The translations under genes were made by a program, and so were the position numbers. From a virus (lineage: Duplodnaviria; Caudoviricetes): a stretch of DNA of 64,000 nt. The notes under the pieces were generated by a model that was given only the letters and a program-made list of their open reading frames with translations, ran no database searches and had not been told where the DNA came from. The stretch lies in the IMG/VR virus record IMGVR_UViG_3300016467_000657, positions 5,901 to 69,900 of that record; one strand, written 5' to 3'. Below are positions 7,998-16,887 of the stretch, in pieces (position 1 is the first letter of the stretch; every line of letters starts with the position of its first letter).

Positions 7998-8417
7998 TTA
8001 TGAGAAGATCAATTTTTTCATCTGCTCCAACGTGATTGGTTCATCTTCACGTATGCGAATGATCTTCATTCCTTTCTTTTCAGCCATCTTGTTTTTCAGT
8101 TCATCAACTTTAAATGCTTTTTTCTGAAAATCATATTTTGCATCATCTTCATTCTTTGGATGCCAAAATGATCCATCAAATTCAAATAGTATGTTTTGAT
8201 CTGGTAGATATGCATCATAATATCTTCCGCCCATTGGATATTGCGGAACATAATACACATCCAAGTTCTTAAGCATGAGATAATATTTGCGTTCCAATGA
8301 AGTAAATCTTTTGTCACTTGGCTTGAGAGTCTTTTTCAAACCGACATACTTCATTCTTCTGCGCTCATGCGTAGTTAAGACCTTGTCTAGTATTGAAAAC
8401 GGCTTCATTTTAACCAA
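7998..8417 (-). CDS. Vsr/DUF559-like PD-(D/E)XK endonuclease
   Basis: TSLERK..QY.MGGRYYDAYLPDQNILFEFDGSFWH pattern typical of very-short-patch-repair-like nucleases. Confidence 0.75.
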   Translation of the reverse strand: MVKMKPFSILDKVLTTHERRRMKYVGLKKTLKPSDKRFTSLERKYYLMLKNLDVYYVPQYPMGGRYYDAYLPDQNILFEFDGSFWHPKNEDDAKYDFQKKAFKVDELKNKMAEKKGMKIIRIREDEPITLEQMKKLIFS

Positions 8418-9636
8418 TATAAATTCCCATCGGAACTTTTTGGAGTGTTGCTTGAAGTTGTTGCGCTTCGGCTTCTCTTAGTTCCATTTGAGCTTTTCTG
8501 CCTGTAGCTTCAAGATTTTCTCTTAGTTGAGTAATCAATGCTTCTTTTTCAGAGGCAGCTTCCTGACGCAATTCTCCACCATCAAGTGTGACTTCTGCTC
8601 CGGGTATTGGAATGGTCTGATACTTTTGACGAATGCTTCCAAGTACTTCTTTGCAAAGCGCAAGGAAATATTTTCGTATCCATTGCTTACCTACACTGTT
8701 TATGGTGGTGTATGGAATATTGTTGTATGGCACATTGCTGTAATCTCCAATCACAGACGATGAAACAACAGTATTGCTGCCAGAAACATAGAATGAACCA
8801 GAATTGTATATGCCCTGACTGTCACGATCTTTCACCAGCAGATATTCAAAATACATTGTGAATGAATATGTTGGAATTGGAAACAATTTCAATTTGTTGT
8901 TCACCAATTCAAAACTCCATGCTGATTTTCTCACAAGGTCATTGAATTCAATTGCCTGCATTCTTAGCAAATCTTCAAAAATTGGCGTCATCAAAAATTG
9001 TGTGGCAGGAGAATATCCAGCAAATCCCATTTCATTAAGAACATTGCTGTAACTCATGCCCGTCATGCTGAATGGATCATAAATTCTTGCCGCAGCAGGT
9101 GGCATCTCGTGAAAAATTCTGCGAATTTCAATACGATCAAAACTTTCACTTACATTTCCCCACAAAGCCTGAAGATCATATGTCTGCTGTTTTGCCACAA
9201 CATCTATATGTCCTTTTTTCCAATCCACTTTTCCACCAACTCCAAACTCTGTTCCATAACTTTCAGCAATTCTGATCAACTGTGGAAGTCCGCTTGCTGC
9301 AACATTTGTTTGTGTCAAATTAACATTGGCTGAACTTCCTTGCAACACACCCATGTTGTTGCGAATATTAAACTGATTTACTTGTGCGCTATATTCAAAA
9401 CATGCTTCTTCAAAACACGCATAGAAATTTTTGTCGATCATTTCAATGTCGGTGATTGGATAGCCCAATCTTGTTGCCGCCCATTTTGCTGCATTCGGCG
9501 CATCCAATTGAAAAACTGCATCACCATCGTAAAATCCAAAAGGAGTTGAGCCGCTTCCCGGTGCAATCAATGAACCAGATCCTGGCCATCTCACTCTATC
9601 CTGATCTACAGTGTAATTTATTGATGTGTCTGCCAT
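8410..9636 (-). CDS. Neck protein (T4 gp13-like)
   Basis: TRLGYPITDIEM, W..KY.LALCKE.LG.IR.KY, IPG..VTLDG.EL..EA..EKE.L...L pattern of gp13-family proteins. Confidence 0.75.
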   Translation of the reverse strand: MADTSINYTVDQDRVRWPGSGSLIAPGSGSTPFGFYDGDAVFQLDAPNAAKWAATRLGYPITDIEMIDKNFYACFEEACFEYSAQVNQFNIRNNMGVLQGSSANVNLTQTNVAASGLPQLIRIAESYGTEFGVGGKVDWKKGHIDVVAKQQTYDLQALWGNVSESFDRIEIRRIFHEMPPAAARIYDPFSMTGMSYSNVLNEMGFAGYSPATQFLMTPIFEDLLRMQAIEFNDLVRKSAWSFELVNNKLKLFPIPTYSFTMYFEYLLVKDRDSQGIYNSGSFYVSGSNTVVSSSVIGDYSNVPYNNIPYTTINSVGKQWIRKYFLALCKEVLGSIRQKYQTIPIPGAEVTLDGGELRQEAASEKEALITQLRENLEATGRKAQMELREAEAQQLQATLQKVPMGIYIG

Positions 9637-9640
9637 ATTA

Positions 9641-9649
9641 TATAAATAT
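9641..9649 (-). promoter_or_regulatory. Putative late promoter ATATTTATA
   Basis: Exact, 4 nt before the gp13-like ATG. Confidence 0.65.
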
Positions 9650-9711
9650 GGTTATGGTCTCTGTTTATATCGCAATATTTATTATACGAGATATAATACG
9701 AAGGCATCTTC

Positions 9712-9720
9712 ATATTTATA
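9712..9720 (+). promoter_or_regulatory. Putative late promoter ATATTTATA (plus strand)
   Basis: Exact, 6 nt before the lysozyme ATG; fixes the motif's orientation. Confidence 0.65.
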
Positions 9721-9726
9721 ATATAT

Positions 9727-10401
9727 ATGAGTATCATCAAACTAAAAGACCTGTTACATGAACAAAAACTTATTGAAGCTCCTGTGGCAGATTTACCACC
9801 AGTAAAGTTTGTGATGCCACCAGCACAGCACGCTTATGCACAACCTGCATCAAATGCCGCTGGAAAGCCTTATACGCAGCCAAATATTGATTTTAGTGGT
9901 ACAGCCAAGGCAGAAGATGTTGCATCAAAAGCGGCCAATGTAATAATGAAATTTGAAAACAGCAAAGATAACCCAAGTGGTGGATATAACAAGCAATTGA
10001 AAAAATGGTTTCCACATAAAAGCTTGGAAGGTGGCAGTGACACCATAGGATATGGTCACAAAATTCAAGCAGGAGAAGATTATAGCAAAGGTCTTACTGA
10101 TGATGAAGCTATCAAATTGTTGAACAAAGATGTCAACAGAACAATCGACATTGCAAAAAAATTCATGAAGAATTTTGACACTTTTCCTCTTACAATCAAA
10201 ATTGCAATCATAAATGCAGGATTCAGAGGGTTTGGCAAAAAAGGAGATCTTGGTCCAGAAACAATGAAGCTACTTGACCAACATAAATTTCAAGACGCCG
10301 CCAAAGAATATTTGAATCACAAAGAATATAAGACAACATCCAACAAAGGTGTTGTAAAAAGAATGAACTGGAACTCAGCCGTGTTTAGATCAGGCGGCTG
10401 A
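9727..10401 (+). CDS. Phage lysozyme-like muramidase (GH24/T4-lysozyme fold) with an N-terminal extension
   Basis: FEN...SLEGGSDTIGYGHKI, LTDDEA..LL..DV, KFQDAAKEYL, R..W motifs; the only plus-strand gene, with its own ATATTTATA motif. Confidence 0.75.
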   Translation: MSIIKLKDLLHEQKLIEAPVADLPPVKFVMPPAQHAYAQPASNAAGKPYTQPNIDFSGTAKAEDVASKAANVIMKFENSKDNPSGGYNKQLKKWFPHKSLEGGSDTIGYGHKIQAGEDYSKGLTDDEAIKLLNKDVNRTIDIAKKFMKNFDTFPLTIKIAIINAGFRGFGKKGDLGPETMKLLDQHKFQDAAKEYLNHKEYKTTSNKGVVKRMNWNSAVFRSGG

Positions 10402-10403
10402 TA

Positions 10404-11189
10404 TTACTTCTTTTCCAAGCTAGACCATTCGGTCAAATTTGGCTTGGTTGCTTCAAGCTTCTTTTGATCTGCATCAGACAATTTTGGATTAAAATTCAAA
10501 CCTGTTTTTTGTTCAATGTCTGATATTGTTGTGGCATATTTTGGCAAATCAGCAACAGGCAATGGTGCATTTGGAAACCAAAATGCTATGGCTTTGTTTG
10601 ATTTGGCATCAATAATGACTTTCCAAAGATTATCTGGAACACCAACATTTTGACCTATTTTTCTGTGTTCCTTGTTGTAGAATGTACCAGAAATAACATA
10701 TATGTCTTTGCCTTCATTGACCCATTCACGAACTGCTGTTTCAAGCTGCTTCCATATACCGCGATTATGATTTGGAACCTGTGGCACCATGTTGCTCAAG
10801 AAAAATGATTCGCTCATCACATCATCATTTTGGGTTGAATTTCCAGCAGGCACAAGATGACCACGATCATATGGTTCACCAGCATAATCAGCAAGTTGAG
10901 ATTGATGTTGCTTTGCTATTTCTGGATCTGGTCTAAAATCATCTTGTCTTTTGGATGTTCCAGTTATTTTTTCCTTTGTTGGATGTTCAACAACATACTC
11001 TGCTGTCTTGGTGTCAAAGCGATAATGAATGGCATAATTTTTCTTGATAAGATACTGATTATTCTTTTCTATTTTGCTGATTGGTGCACCATTCACAACA
11101 AATTGTGACCCTTTGTCATCAATTGGATTGGCGACCAAAATGGACACCAATAATAGAAACGCGAATATGTTTTTATATAATTTATTCAT
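10404..11189 (-). CDS. nucA: Secreted DNA/RNA non-specific endonuclease (NucA/Serratia-nuclease family)
   Basis: YDRGHLVPA..SESFFLSNMVPQ...NRGIWKQLE..VR, SGT, VP..WKV motifs; N-terminal MNKLYKNIFAFLLLVSILVA signal-peptide-like segment. Start chosen at 11189 because the longer ORF start overlaps the terminator. Confidence 0.85.
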   Translation of the reverse strand: MNKLYKNIFAFLLLVSILVANPIDDKGSQFVVNGAPISKIEKNNQYLIKKNYAIHYRFDTKTAEYVVEHPTKEKITGTSKRQDDFRPDPEIAKQHQSQLADYAGEPYDRGHLVPAGNSTQNDDVMSESFFLSNMVPQVPNHNRGIWKQLETAVREWVNEGKDIYVISGTFYNKEHRKIGQNVGVPDNLWKVIIDAKSNKAIAFWFPNAPLPVADLPKYATTISDIEQKTGLNFNPKLSDADQKKLEATKPNLTEWSSLEKK

Positions 11190-11222
11190 AGGCTTTATCA
11201 CAATACATATCAAATGTGCAAT

Positions 11223-11253
11223 AAAAAAGACCCGCATTTCTGCGGGTCTTTTT
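11223..11253 (-). terminator. Rho-independent terminator downstream of the major capsid gene
   Basis: Minus strand AAAAAGACCCGCA-GAAA-TGCGGGTCTTTTTT: perfect stem, GAAA loop, U tract. Confidence 0.85.
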
Positions 11254-11279
11254 GTTTAGGAGTTTAACTCTGTTAAGAA

Positions 11280-12896
11280 TTAGACTTCGTTCAATGCACC
11301 GATGACGATCTTGCCGTAGAATTCTGGGCGGATCATCTTCTTTGCATAACGTGTCATCACGCCACGGCGTGGTGTGAAGTTCACTGGATCGTACACCAAT
11401 GGTGTTTGGATCAGTGGGATGTATGGAGCGTATACAGCGCCGGTTTCTAGGAAGTTGCTTCCACGGAAACCAACCAACATGACGTTGTCGGTCATGTATG
11501 GGTTCTTGTATACTGTCCAACGATTGCTTAGAGCGCCAACCTTGGCTACGCCCATCGCGAACTTGGCTTGATCGCCGTCCGTGTTGGTTGTGAAGCCTGG
11601 GATTGATTCAATGATTGTTGCTACGTCTGGTGAGCAAACTAGGAAGTTAGCTCCACCACGTAGTGTCAATTGGTGAATCTTGTTGGAGACCTTTTGGATC
11701 TTGTTGCCCAAGGTTTGGAACCATGTGCTCTTGACATATGCTGTACGGTTAGCAGCAGTTGCGACGAACTTGCTTTGTGTCGAATCATATTCGTCACCGA
11801 TGCGTGCTGACCAGTATTCAGTTGTTGCTGCTGGAGCGGCTGTTACCAACATGTCTAGGATTTCTAGGTCGATTTCCATAGAAACGTATTCGCTCAATAG
11901 AGCAGTCAATTCTGCTTCTGCGTCGATTGAGTGATATGCGTTCAAGTCTTGAGCCAATTCTGGTGTCCAGACGGCCTTCAACTTGCGTGTCTTTGCAACG
12001 ATGGCTTCAGACTTCAACTCTAGGTTGACTTCTGGAATTCCAACGTCATTGGCAACACCTGTTTGATTTGGCAATCCTGCGCCTTGGTCTTCGAAGTCGC
12101 CACGTGCTCTGTCTGTTGGTTGCTTGTGGTATTGGATCTTGACGCTTGGGGATGCACCGATTGCTGAACCAGAAACGATGAATGAAACATTGTTTCCAGA
12201 AACAGTTGTGAATGCTGGGTAGAAATCAACGATTCCAGATCCAGAGATCGTGAATGCGCGAACGCCGTTTAGGTCGGTTCCATATGTGTCTGGATCCATG
12301 TCAACGGTGATCTTGATGATTTCGGTAGCAACGATTGATGATGATAGTTCTGGAACGAACTTTGCATCCAACCATGAACCAGTTGTGGCGGTTCCTGTGA
12401 AGTTTGAGCTTCCGGAAACGTCATTGATGGTGTAACCGAAACGGCCTTGGCCATATAGACCATTGACTGCGCTGTCGGTTGAACCCAACTTTGTGCCTGT
12501 TCCACCGAACAAGCTTTGGTTTACGAATGCTGGTTTGCCAGCTTGGTTGGTACCATACTTGAAGTCTAGATAGAATACTAGACCTGATGGTAGGTTCATT
12601 GGCTGAACGCTGACGAATTCCTTAGCGGCGATTTCAGCGAAAACACGGCGAACCAATGGAAGAGCAACGCCTGCCCATTGTTCCGAGTTAGCTGAAGTAC
12701 CAGTGCGGGTAGCTTCGTCGATCAGTTGCTTTGCTTGGTTTTCCAAAAGGATGGACATGTGTGACTTTTCCATGTCGGTCTTGATTCCTTCTAGAAGACC
12801 TGTCTTTTCCCACTTGGTCACTAGACCACGGGTTTCGCTCATGAGCTTAACCATTGGATTGGTTGTCTCAGTTAGTAGTGATTTGATATCTGACAT
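11280..12896 (-). CDS. gp23: Major capsid protein (T4 gp23-like)
   Basis: VSVQPMNLPSGLVFYL, VAKTRKLKAVWTPELAQDL.AYHSIDAEAEL, YAPYIPL, FTPRRGVMTRYA. Confidence 0.95.
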   Translation of the reverse strand: MSDIKSLLTETTNPMVKLMSETRGLVTKWEKTGLLEGIKTDMEKSHMSILLENQAKQLIDEATRTGTSANSEQWAGVALPLVRRVFAEIAAKEFVSVQPMNLPSGLVFYLDFKYGTNQAGKPAFVNQSLFGGTGTKLGSTDSAVNGLYGQGRFGYTINDVSGSSNFTGTATTGSWLDAKFVPELSSSIVATEIIKITVDMDPDTYGTDLNGVRAFTISGSGIVDFYPAFTTVSGNNVSFIVSGSAIGASPSVKIQYHKQPTDRARGDFEDQGAGLPNQTGVANDVGIPEVNLELKSEAIVAKTRKLKAVWTPELAQDLNAYHSIDAEAELTALLSEYVSMEIDLEILDMLVTAAPAATTEYWSARIGDEYDSTQSKFVATAANRTAYVKSTWFQTLGNKIQKVSNKIHQLTLRGGANFLVCSPDVATIIESIPGFTTNTDGDQAKFAMGVAKVGALSNRWTVYKNPYMTDNVMLVGFRGSNFLETGAVYAPYIPLIQTPLVYDPVNFTPRRGVMTRYAKKMIRPEFYGKIVIGALNEV

Positions 12897-12929
12897 ATTT
12901 TTTTCCTTGTTAAGGTTGATTGTTGATTT

Positions 12930-14201
12930 TTACTTGCTACGAATACCGGCCAATTTCTTAAAGCGGTTTGCCATGTCGGCACCTTCTGTAAGAACAGCGG
13001 CTGTTGTTGGTTTTGTTGATGCAACTGGCTTACTTGCCAATCCCTCGGTGATGTTCTTGACAGTCGAAGACTTCTTTACAGGAGTTTCAACTTTCTTTGC
13101 ACCGCTATTGATGGATTCTGCTAGTGTAGCATAAACGAGTTTGGCTTCACGAACGGACTTTGTGAGGTCAAATGATTCGATTACTTTCAGTTTCTGTTCA
13201 TTGTTCAAATTAGCCGACTTGAACAACTTGTTCGTGTACAGCAACTTGGCATTGAGCAGGTTAATTTCATTGATCTGGTTCCGTAGAAATTCAATTCCGC
13301 TACGGTATTCTTCAATTTCCTTCTTCAACGAAAGATTTTCTTTGACGATGGCTTCATTGGTTTCTTCCTTCTCACCTTCGTCTTCTTCCTTTTCGCCTTC
13401 TTCCTTTTCTTCGGAAAGAAGTTCGTCTAGGTTGATTACTTCGTCAACTTCTTCAGCGGCTGGAGCAGCGGCTTCCATAGGAGCGGCCATTTCTTCCATA
13501 CCACCAACTTCATTGACTGAATTTTCAAGTTCCTTTAGGATTTCATCCAATGATTCTTCTGTGATTTCATCGGATTCTTCCAATTTGACAACTTCGTTTG
13601 AAGCGCCTTGTGGATCTTCTGTCTTGTGTCCAGCGGTCACCTTTGTATAATCAGGTGATGCCTTGGTGCTGTCGGCAACTGCCTTTGGTTCACCAGCGGT
13701 TGACAATTTGGTTGCGTCAACAACTTCTTGACCATGATTTTCGGTCTTGTGTCCCTTGGTCTTTGCCTTGTAGTTTGAAGATGCTTTCTTTGCTTCTTCC
13801 AATGCAGCACTCTTTTCGACTGGATCAGGATTTCCTGAACCTAGTGTTTGATATTCTTCAATTTCTTCTTCTTCCAATGCTGGCTCTTCGGCTGGCACTT
13901 CTGCTGCTGGAGCAGGAGCGGCTGCTGGAGCGGAAGCTGCCAAAGCGGCAGCATCTTGTGCGGCGTCGGCGTGAGCTTCTGGAGCAGGAGTTGCAGCGGC
14001 ATCGGCTGGTGTTGCTTCTGGAGCAGCAACAGCTTCTGGAGCAGCAGCTTCTTCTTCTGCCATCTCAGCGGCTAGCTTTTCAGAAAGCATGCTTTGTAGT
14101 TTTGGTGCAAAGTGCTCTTCTAGAGCAGCTTTTGCATTTGATAGCGCAGTTGCGCGGACGGCTTTGGCGTCGGCAATTGCTTGTTTTAGTAGATCTGACA
14201 T
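12930..14201 (-). CDS. Prohead core scaffolding protein (gp22-like)
   Basis: Directly upstream of the MCP; very acidic, Ala/Pro/Glu-rich, coiled-coil C-terminal half, many [ILV]-x-E sites. Confidence 0.75.
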   Translation of the reverse strand: MSDLLKQAIADAKAVRATALSNAKAALEEHFAPKLQSMLSEKLAAEMAEEEAAAPEAVAAPEATPADAAATPAPEAHADAAQDAAALAASAPAAAPAPAAEVPAEEPALEEEEIEEYQTLGSGNPDPVEKSAALEEAKKASSNYKAKTKGHKTENHGQEVVDATKLSTAGEPKAVADSTKASPDYTKVTAGHKTEDPQGASNEVVKLEESDEITEESLDEILKELENSVNEVGGMEEMAAPMEAAAPAAEEVDEVINLDELLSEEKEEGEKEEDEGEKEETNEAIVKENLSLKKEIEEYRSGIEFLRNQINEINLLNAKLLYTNKLFKSANLNNEQKLKVIESFDLTKSVREAKLVYATLAESINSGAKKVETPVKKSSTVKNITEGLASKPVASTKPTTAAVLTEGADMANRFKKLAGIRSK

Positions 14202-14223
14202 AATAGTTTTATCCTTTTGTTGA

Positions 14224-14282
14224 TGAAACTATTAAGAGTTTCAAGAAATTGTTTTATCCGACTAAGCACCAAAGAATGGTGC
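14224..14282 (-). promoter_or_regulatory. Two stem-loops in the 5' leader of the scaffold-MCP transcript
   Basis: Minus strand GCACCA-TTCTT-TGGTGC (14266-14282) and TGAAACT-CTTAAT-AGTTTCA (14224-14243), between the late-type motif and the AAGGA SD. Confidence 0.45.
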
Positions 14283-14293
14283 ATTTTATAATA

Positions 14294-14302
14294 AATAAAT
14301 AT
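14294..14302 (-). promoter_or_regulatory. Putative late promoter ATATTTATT for scaffold-MCP
   Basis: One mismatch, 92 nt before the scaffold ATG. Confidence 0.5.
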
Positions 14303-14342
14303 ATATGTATTTACGAAAAATACAAAATATTTTATATTTTTA

Positions 14343-14795
14343 TTATTTTGCTATTTTGCTTACTGCGGACTGACCTTCTTGAAGGTTCTTTACTTCGTAA
14401 TAACGCTCAAGCAAGTGACCAATGTCTTCGTATGTTGCTTGCATTCTTTGTTCAAGAATATGTGCTTCTTTTGCATACTTGTTGAATTCTTGAATAGCCT
14501 TGGTCATATTGGCGAAATTTTTTCTTACTGTTTGCTCATCAAACCAATGCTTTCCATCGGTAGATGATTTTTCTGTTTCGTGCAAAGCAAGTTCTTCAGC
14601 ATTCTTTACAATTTCAGAAAGCTTGTGTGATATCTCCATCAAACTTTGTTCACGATGAAGATGTTGAGCATATTCATTGTAGCAACCAATATTTTCCAAT
14701 GCAGACTTCTTTGCTTCACTGGTCCATTCTTTTTTTGGAGCTTCTGAAGCAGCTTGAAAATTTTCGATAAGTGGTCTTAGTTTCAATGTATTCAT
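14343..14795 (-). CDS. Hypothetical head-region protein
   Basis: 150-aa helical ORF in the head cluster; N-terminal LKLRPLIE motif. Confidence 0.8.
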   Translation of the reverse strand: MNTLKLRPLIENFQAASEAPKKEWTSEAKKSALENIGCYNEYAQHLHREQSLMEISHKLSEIVKNAEELALHETEKSSTDGKHWFDEQTVRKNFANMTKAIQEFNKYAKEAHILEQRMQATYEDIGHLLERYYEVKNLQEGQSAVSKIAK

Positions 14796-14806
14796 AAATT
14801 GATATT

Positions 14807-15439
14807 TTATTCTGGAGATTTTTCTTCTGGTGCTTTTGGTTCTTCGGTAGCCAAATCTTTTACTGCCGCGATTAATTCCACCATTCCTGGGATACTCTTA
14901 TAAAGTGCCATATCTTTTTCAAATAGATCTGCATCACTTGGAGTTGTTATTTTCAATTTTTGCGCCATTTCTGATGCCAATGCATCAACTGTATTTGTCT
15001 TGAATGCTTGTCCAAGAATTTTTCCAATCATATATTTGACGCCACTATCAGACTTCAATTTGATATATGCATTTTGTTCAAGCTCATCTTCGGCCTTTTT
15101 AAGATCAGCTTTTGCTTTTTCAACTTCTGCTTTTTTCTTAGCGGCGTCGGCTTCTAGTTCTTTTGGATCTTCTGCACCAGCTTCATCGGCAGCAGCAGCA
15201 GCATCCGCTGAAGGAGCAGTTGCAGCGTCTTTACTTGCCTGTGCCTTTGGCGCGGCTGATGGTGCCGCTTGCTTTTCGCCTTCACCGCCACCTTCTCCAC
15301 CAAGTATATCACCCAATGGATCTTCCTTTTTAGCATCTGCTTCCTTTACAAGATTGTATCCAAATCTTCCTTCATTTGCTTTGTTTGCAATTTCAGAGAT
15401 AAGTTGTTTAAGAAGTGGATTGGTTATCTTGTTGTTCAT
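14807..15439 (-). CDS. Hypothetical head-region protein with an Ala/Pro/Glu-rich linker
   Basis: 210 aa; own late-type motif; LKQLISE N-terminal motif. Confidence 0.8.
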   Translation of the reverse strand: MNNKITNPLLKQLISEIANKANEGRFGYNLVKEADAKKEDPLGDILGGEGGGEGEKQAAPSAAPKAQASKDAATAPSADAAAAADEAGAEDPKELEADAAKKKAEVEKAKADLKKAEDELEQNAYIKLKSDSGVKYMIGKILGQAFKTNTVDALASEMAQKLKITTPSDADLFEKDMALYKSIPGMVELIAAVKDLATEEPKAPEEKSPE

Positions 15440-15443
15440 GTTT

Positions 15444-15452
15444 TATAAATAT
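15444..15452 (-). promoter_or_regulatory. Putative late promoter ATATTTATA
   Basis: Exact, 4 nt before the ATG at 15439. Confidence 0.6.
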
Positions 15453-15463
15453 ATATCAACTTG

Positions 15464-15727
15464 TTAGAAAATGTTTCCGTGGGCCAGATCATTGACTAGC
15501 CCATAATTTTCTTTTTCCAACTGCTCAATTTCTTCGGCAGTCAATGGAGTTCCATCAACATATTCGGCGTGTGAAATATACGCATCTGAAAAATCTGGAT
15601 AATCTCTTGGATCAACACCATCAAGTTCAATTGCGCCTCTTTCAATCTCTTTTCCATTTAGCATGATCGGTGCTGGTCTGTTTGCTTCCATTACTTTCTT
15701 TGCAATTTCGCTTAGTTTTATTTTCAT
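15464..15727 (-). CDS. Small hypothetical phage protein
   Basis: MKIKLSEIAKKVMEA start (4 nt after the protease stop) preferred; ELDGVDPRDYPDFSDAYI core. Confidence 0.75.
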   Translation of the reverse strand: MKIKLSEIAKKVMEANRPAPIMLNGKEIERGAIELDGVDPRDYPDFSDAYISHAEYVDGTPLTAEEIEQLEKENYGLVNDLAHGNIF

Positions 15728-15731
15728 AATG

Positions 15732-16358
15732 TCAACGTGTTTCCGATAGAATATCACGAATGATATTTTCGATGTTCAAATATTTGTTGATGTCTTTGCG
15801 ATCTTGTGTTCCGCCGATTAATTGCTTGTCACGATTGATTCCTTCAGCGAGATTCATATATGCACCGCGTGTTGAAGGTGAAGAAACAAGGTCGAAGCAA
15901 AGCAGTTCAAAATCATCTTGAACTTCAACAGTGTTTTCATTCATTTGACGCACACTGCCCAATCCACGACTGCTGATGCCAATACGGATGTTGTTGCGAA
16001 TAAGATCGCGAGCAATATTACCAGATGGTGTGGTAAGAATTTCAATTGTACCAACTACTGTGTCACCTTCCCAATGGCACTCTGTCACATTATGACAAAC
16101 ATTCTTGAGGTTGATGACTGAACTGTCTGGGTGATCAAGTTCACCAAGAGCACGACGTTCCTTGATGATCTGTTGATATTTGTCAACTTCACGTTCCAAT
16201 ACTTCACGTGGATATACACGACCATTGTGATTCTTTTCTCCAGCCTTCTGTAATGGTCCCTTTAATACCAACGGTGCGTTTGGATTTGCTTTGGCTTCAC
16301 TCAACAATTGAGGAGAAATCTCAAATGGAATAAAATCGACTAGTAATTGCTTGCTCAT
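15732..16358 (-). CDS. gp21: Prohead core protease (T4 gp21-like)
   Basis: N.NGRVYP.EVL, ALGELDHP, NVCH, GISSRGLGSV, DFELLCFDLVSSPST motifs. Confidence 0.92.
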   Translation of the reverse strand: MSKQLLVDFIPFEISPQLLSEAKANPNAPLVLKGPLQKAGEKNHNGRVYPREVLEREVDKYQQIIKERRALGELDHPDSSVINLKNVCHNVTECHWEGDTVVGTIEILTTPSGNIARDLIRNNIRIGISSRGLGSVRQMNENTVEVQDDFELLCFDLVSSPSTRGAYMNLAEGINRDKQLIGGTQDRKDINKYLNIENIIRDILSETR

Positions 16359-16367
16359 ATGTTTGTA

Positions 16368-16883
16368 TTATCCTTGAGGTAAGATATTTTTCTTTCCAAC
16401 AGTTCCATCTTCTGGCGCTGACATTCCGCCGGTTCTTCCGACATTTGAAATTGAGGCAGGAGCATCATCCACAGTTATGATAGAATCGTCCAAATAATAT
16501 TCACTTTCAGATGCGTTACCTTCTTTACCAGTGAACACAACATAATATTTGTCCTTCATATAACGAACATCAATGTTGTTAACAGTAACATTATATTCTT
16601 TTTCAATTTGGCCAACAGATCCCTTGGATGCTTTTACAGTTACAACCTTATTAATAAAGCTCTTTTTCAAATCAGCTTCAAACTTTTGAATGAGTGCATC
16701 TTCTTGTTTTTCCAGTTCCAACTTGAAATTTTTGTATAAGTTTGAGATGTCAACTTTTTTGGCGGTTGGTCCGGGAGACACTGCGGTAGGAGAACGTCCT
16801 GGTGCCATACTTCCACCAGCAGATGGAAATGTGCCCCAACTGTCTTCATTGATTATTTTCTTGGCAATGTCGGTTAGATTCAT
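16368..16883 (-). CDS. Hypothetical head-region protein
   Basis: 171-aa ORF; MNLTDIAKKIINED N-terminus. Confidence 0.8.
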   Translation of the reverse strand: MNLTDIAKKIINEDSWGTFPSAGGSMAPGRSPTAVSPGPTAKKVDISNLYKNFKLELEKQEDALIQKFEADLKKSFINKVVTVKASKGSVGQIEKEYNVTVNNIDVRYMKDKYYVVFTGKEGNASESEYYLDDSIITVDDAPASISNVGRTGGMSAPEDGTVGKKNILPQG

Positions 16884-16887
16884 AGTC

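Noticed and set aside
11190-11237. Longer nucA start given in the ORF track
   Set aside because: It overlaps the MCP terminator and would mask the signal-peptide N-terminus; 11189 is preferred
13141-15467. Plus-strand ORFs 13141-13650, 13598-14203 and 15000-15467
   Set aside because: Antisense shadows of low-complexity Ala/Glu-rich genes
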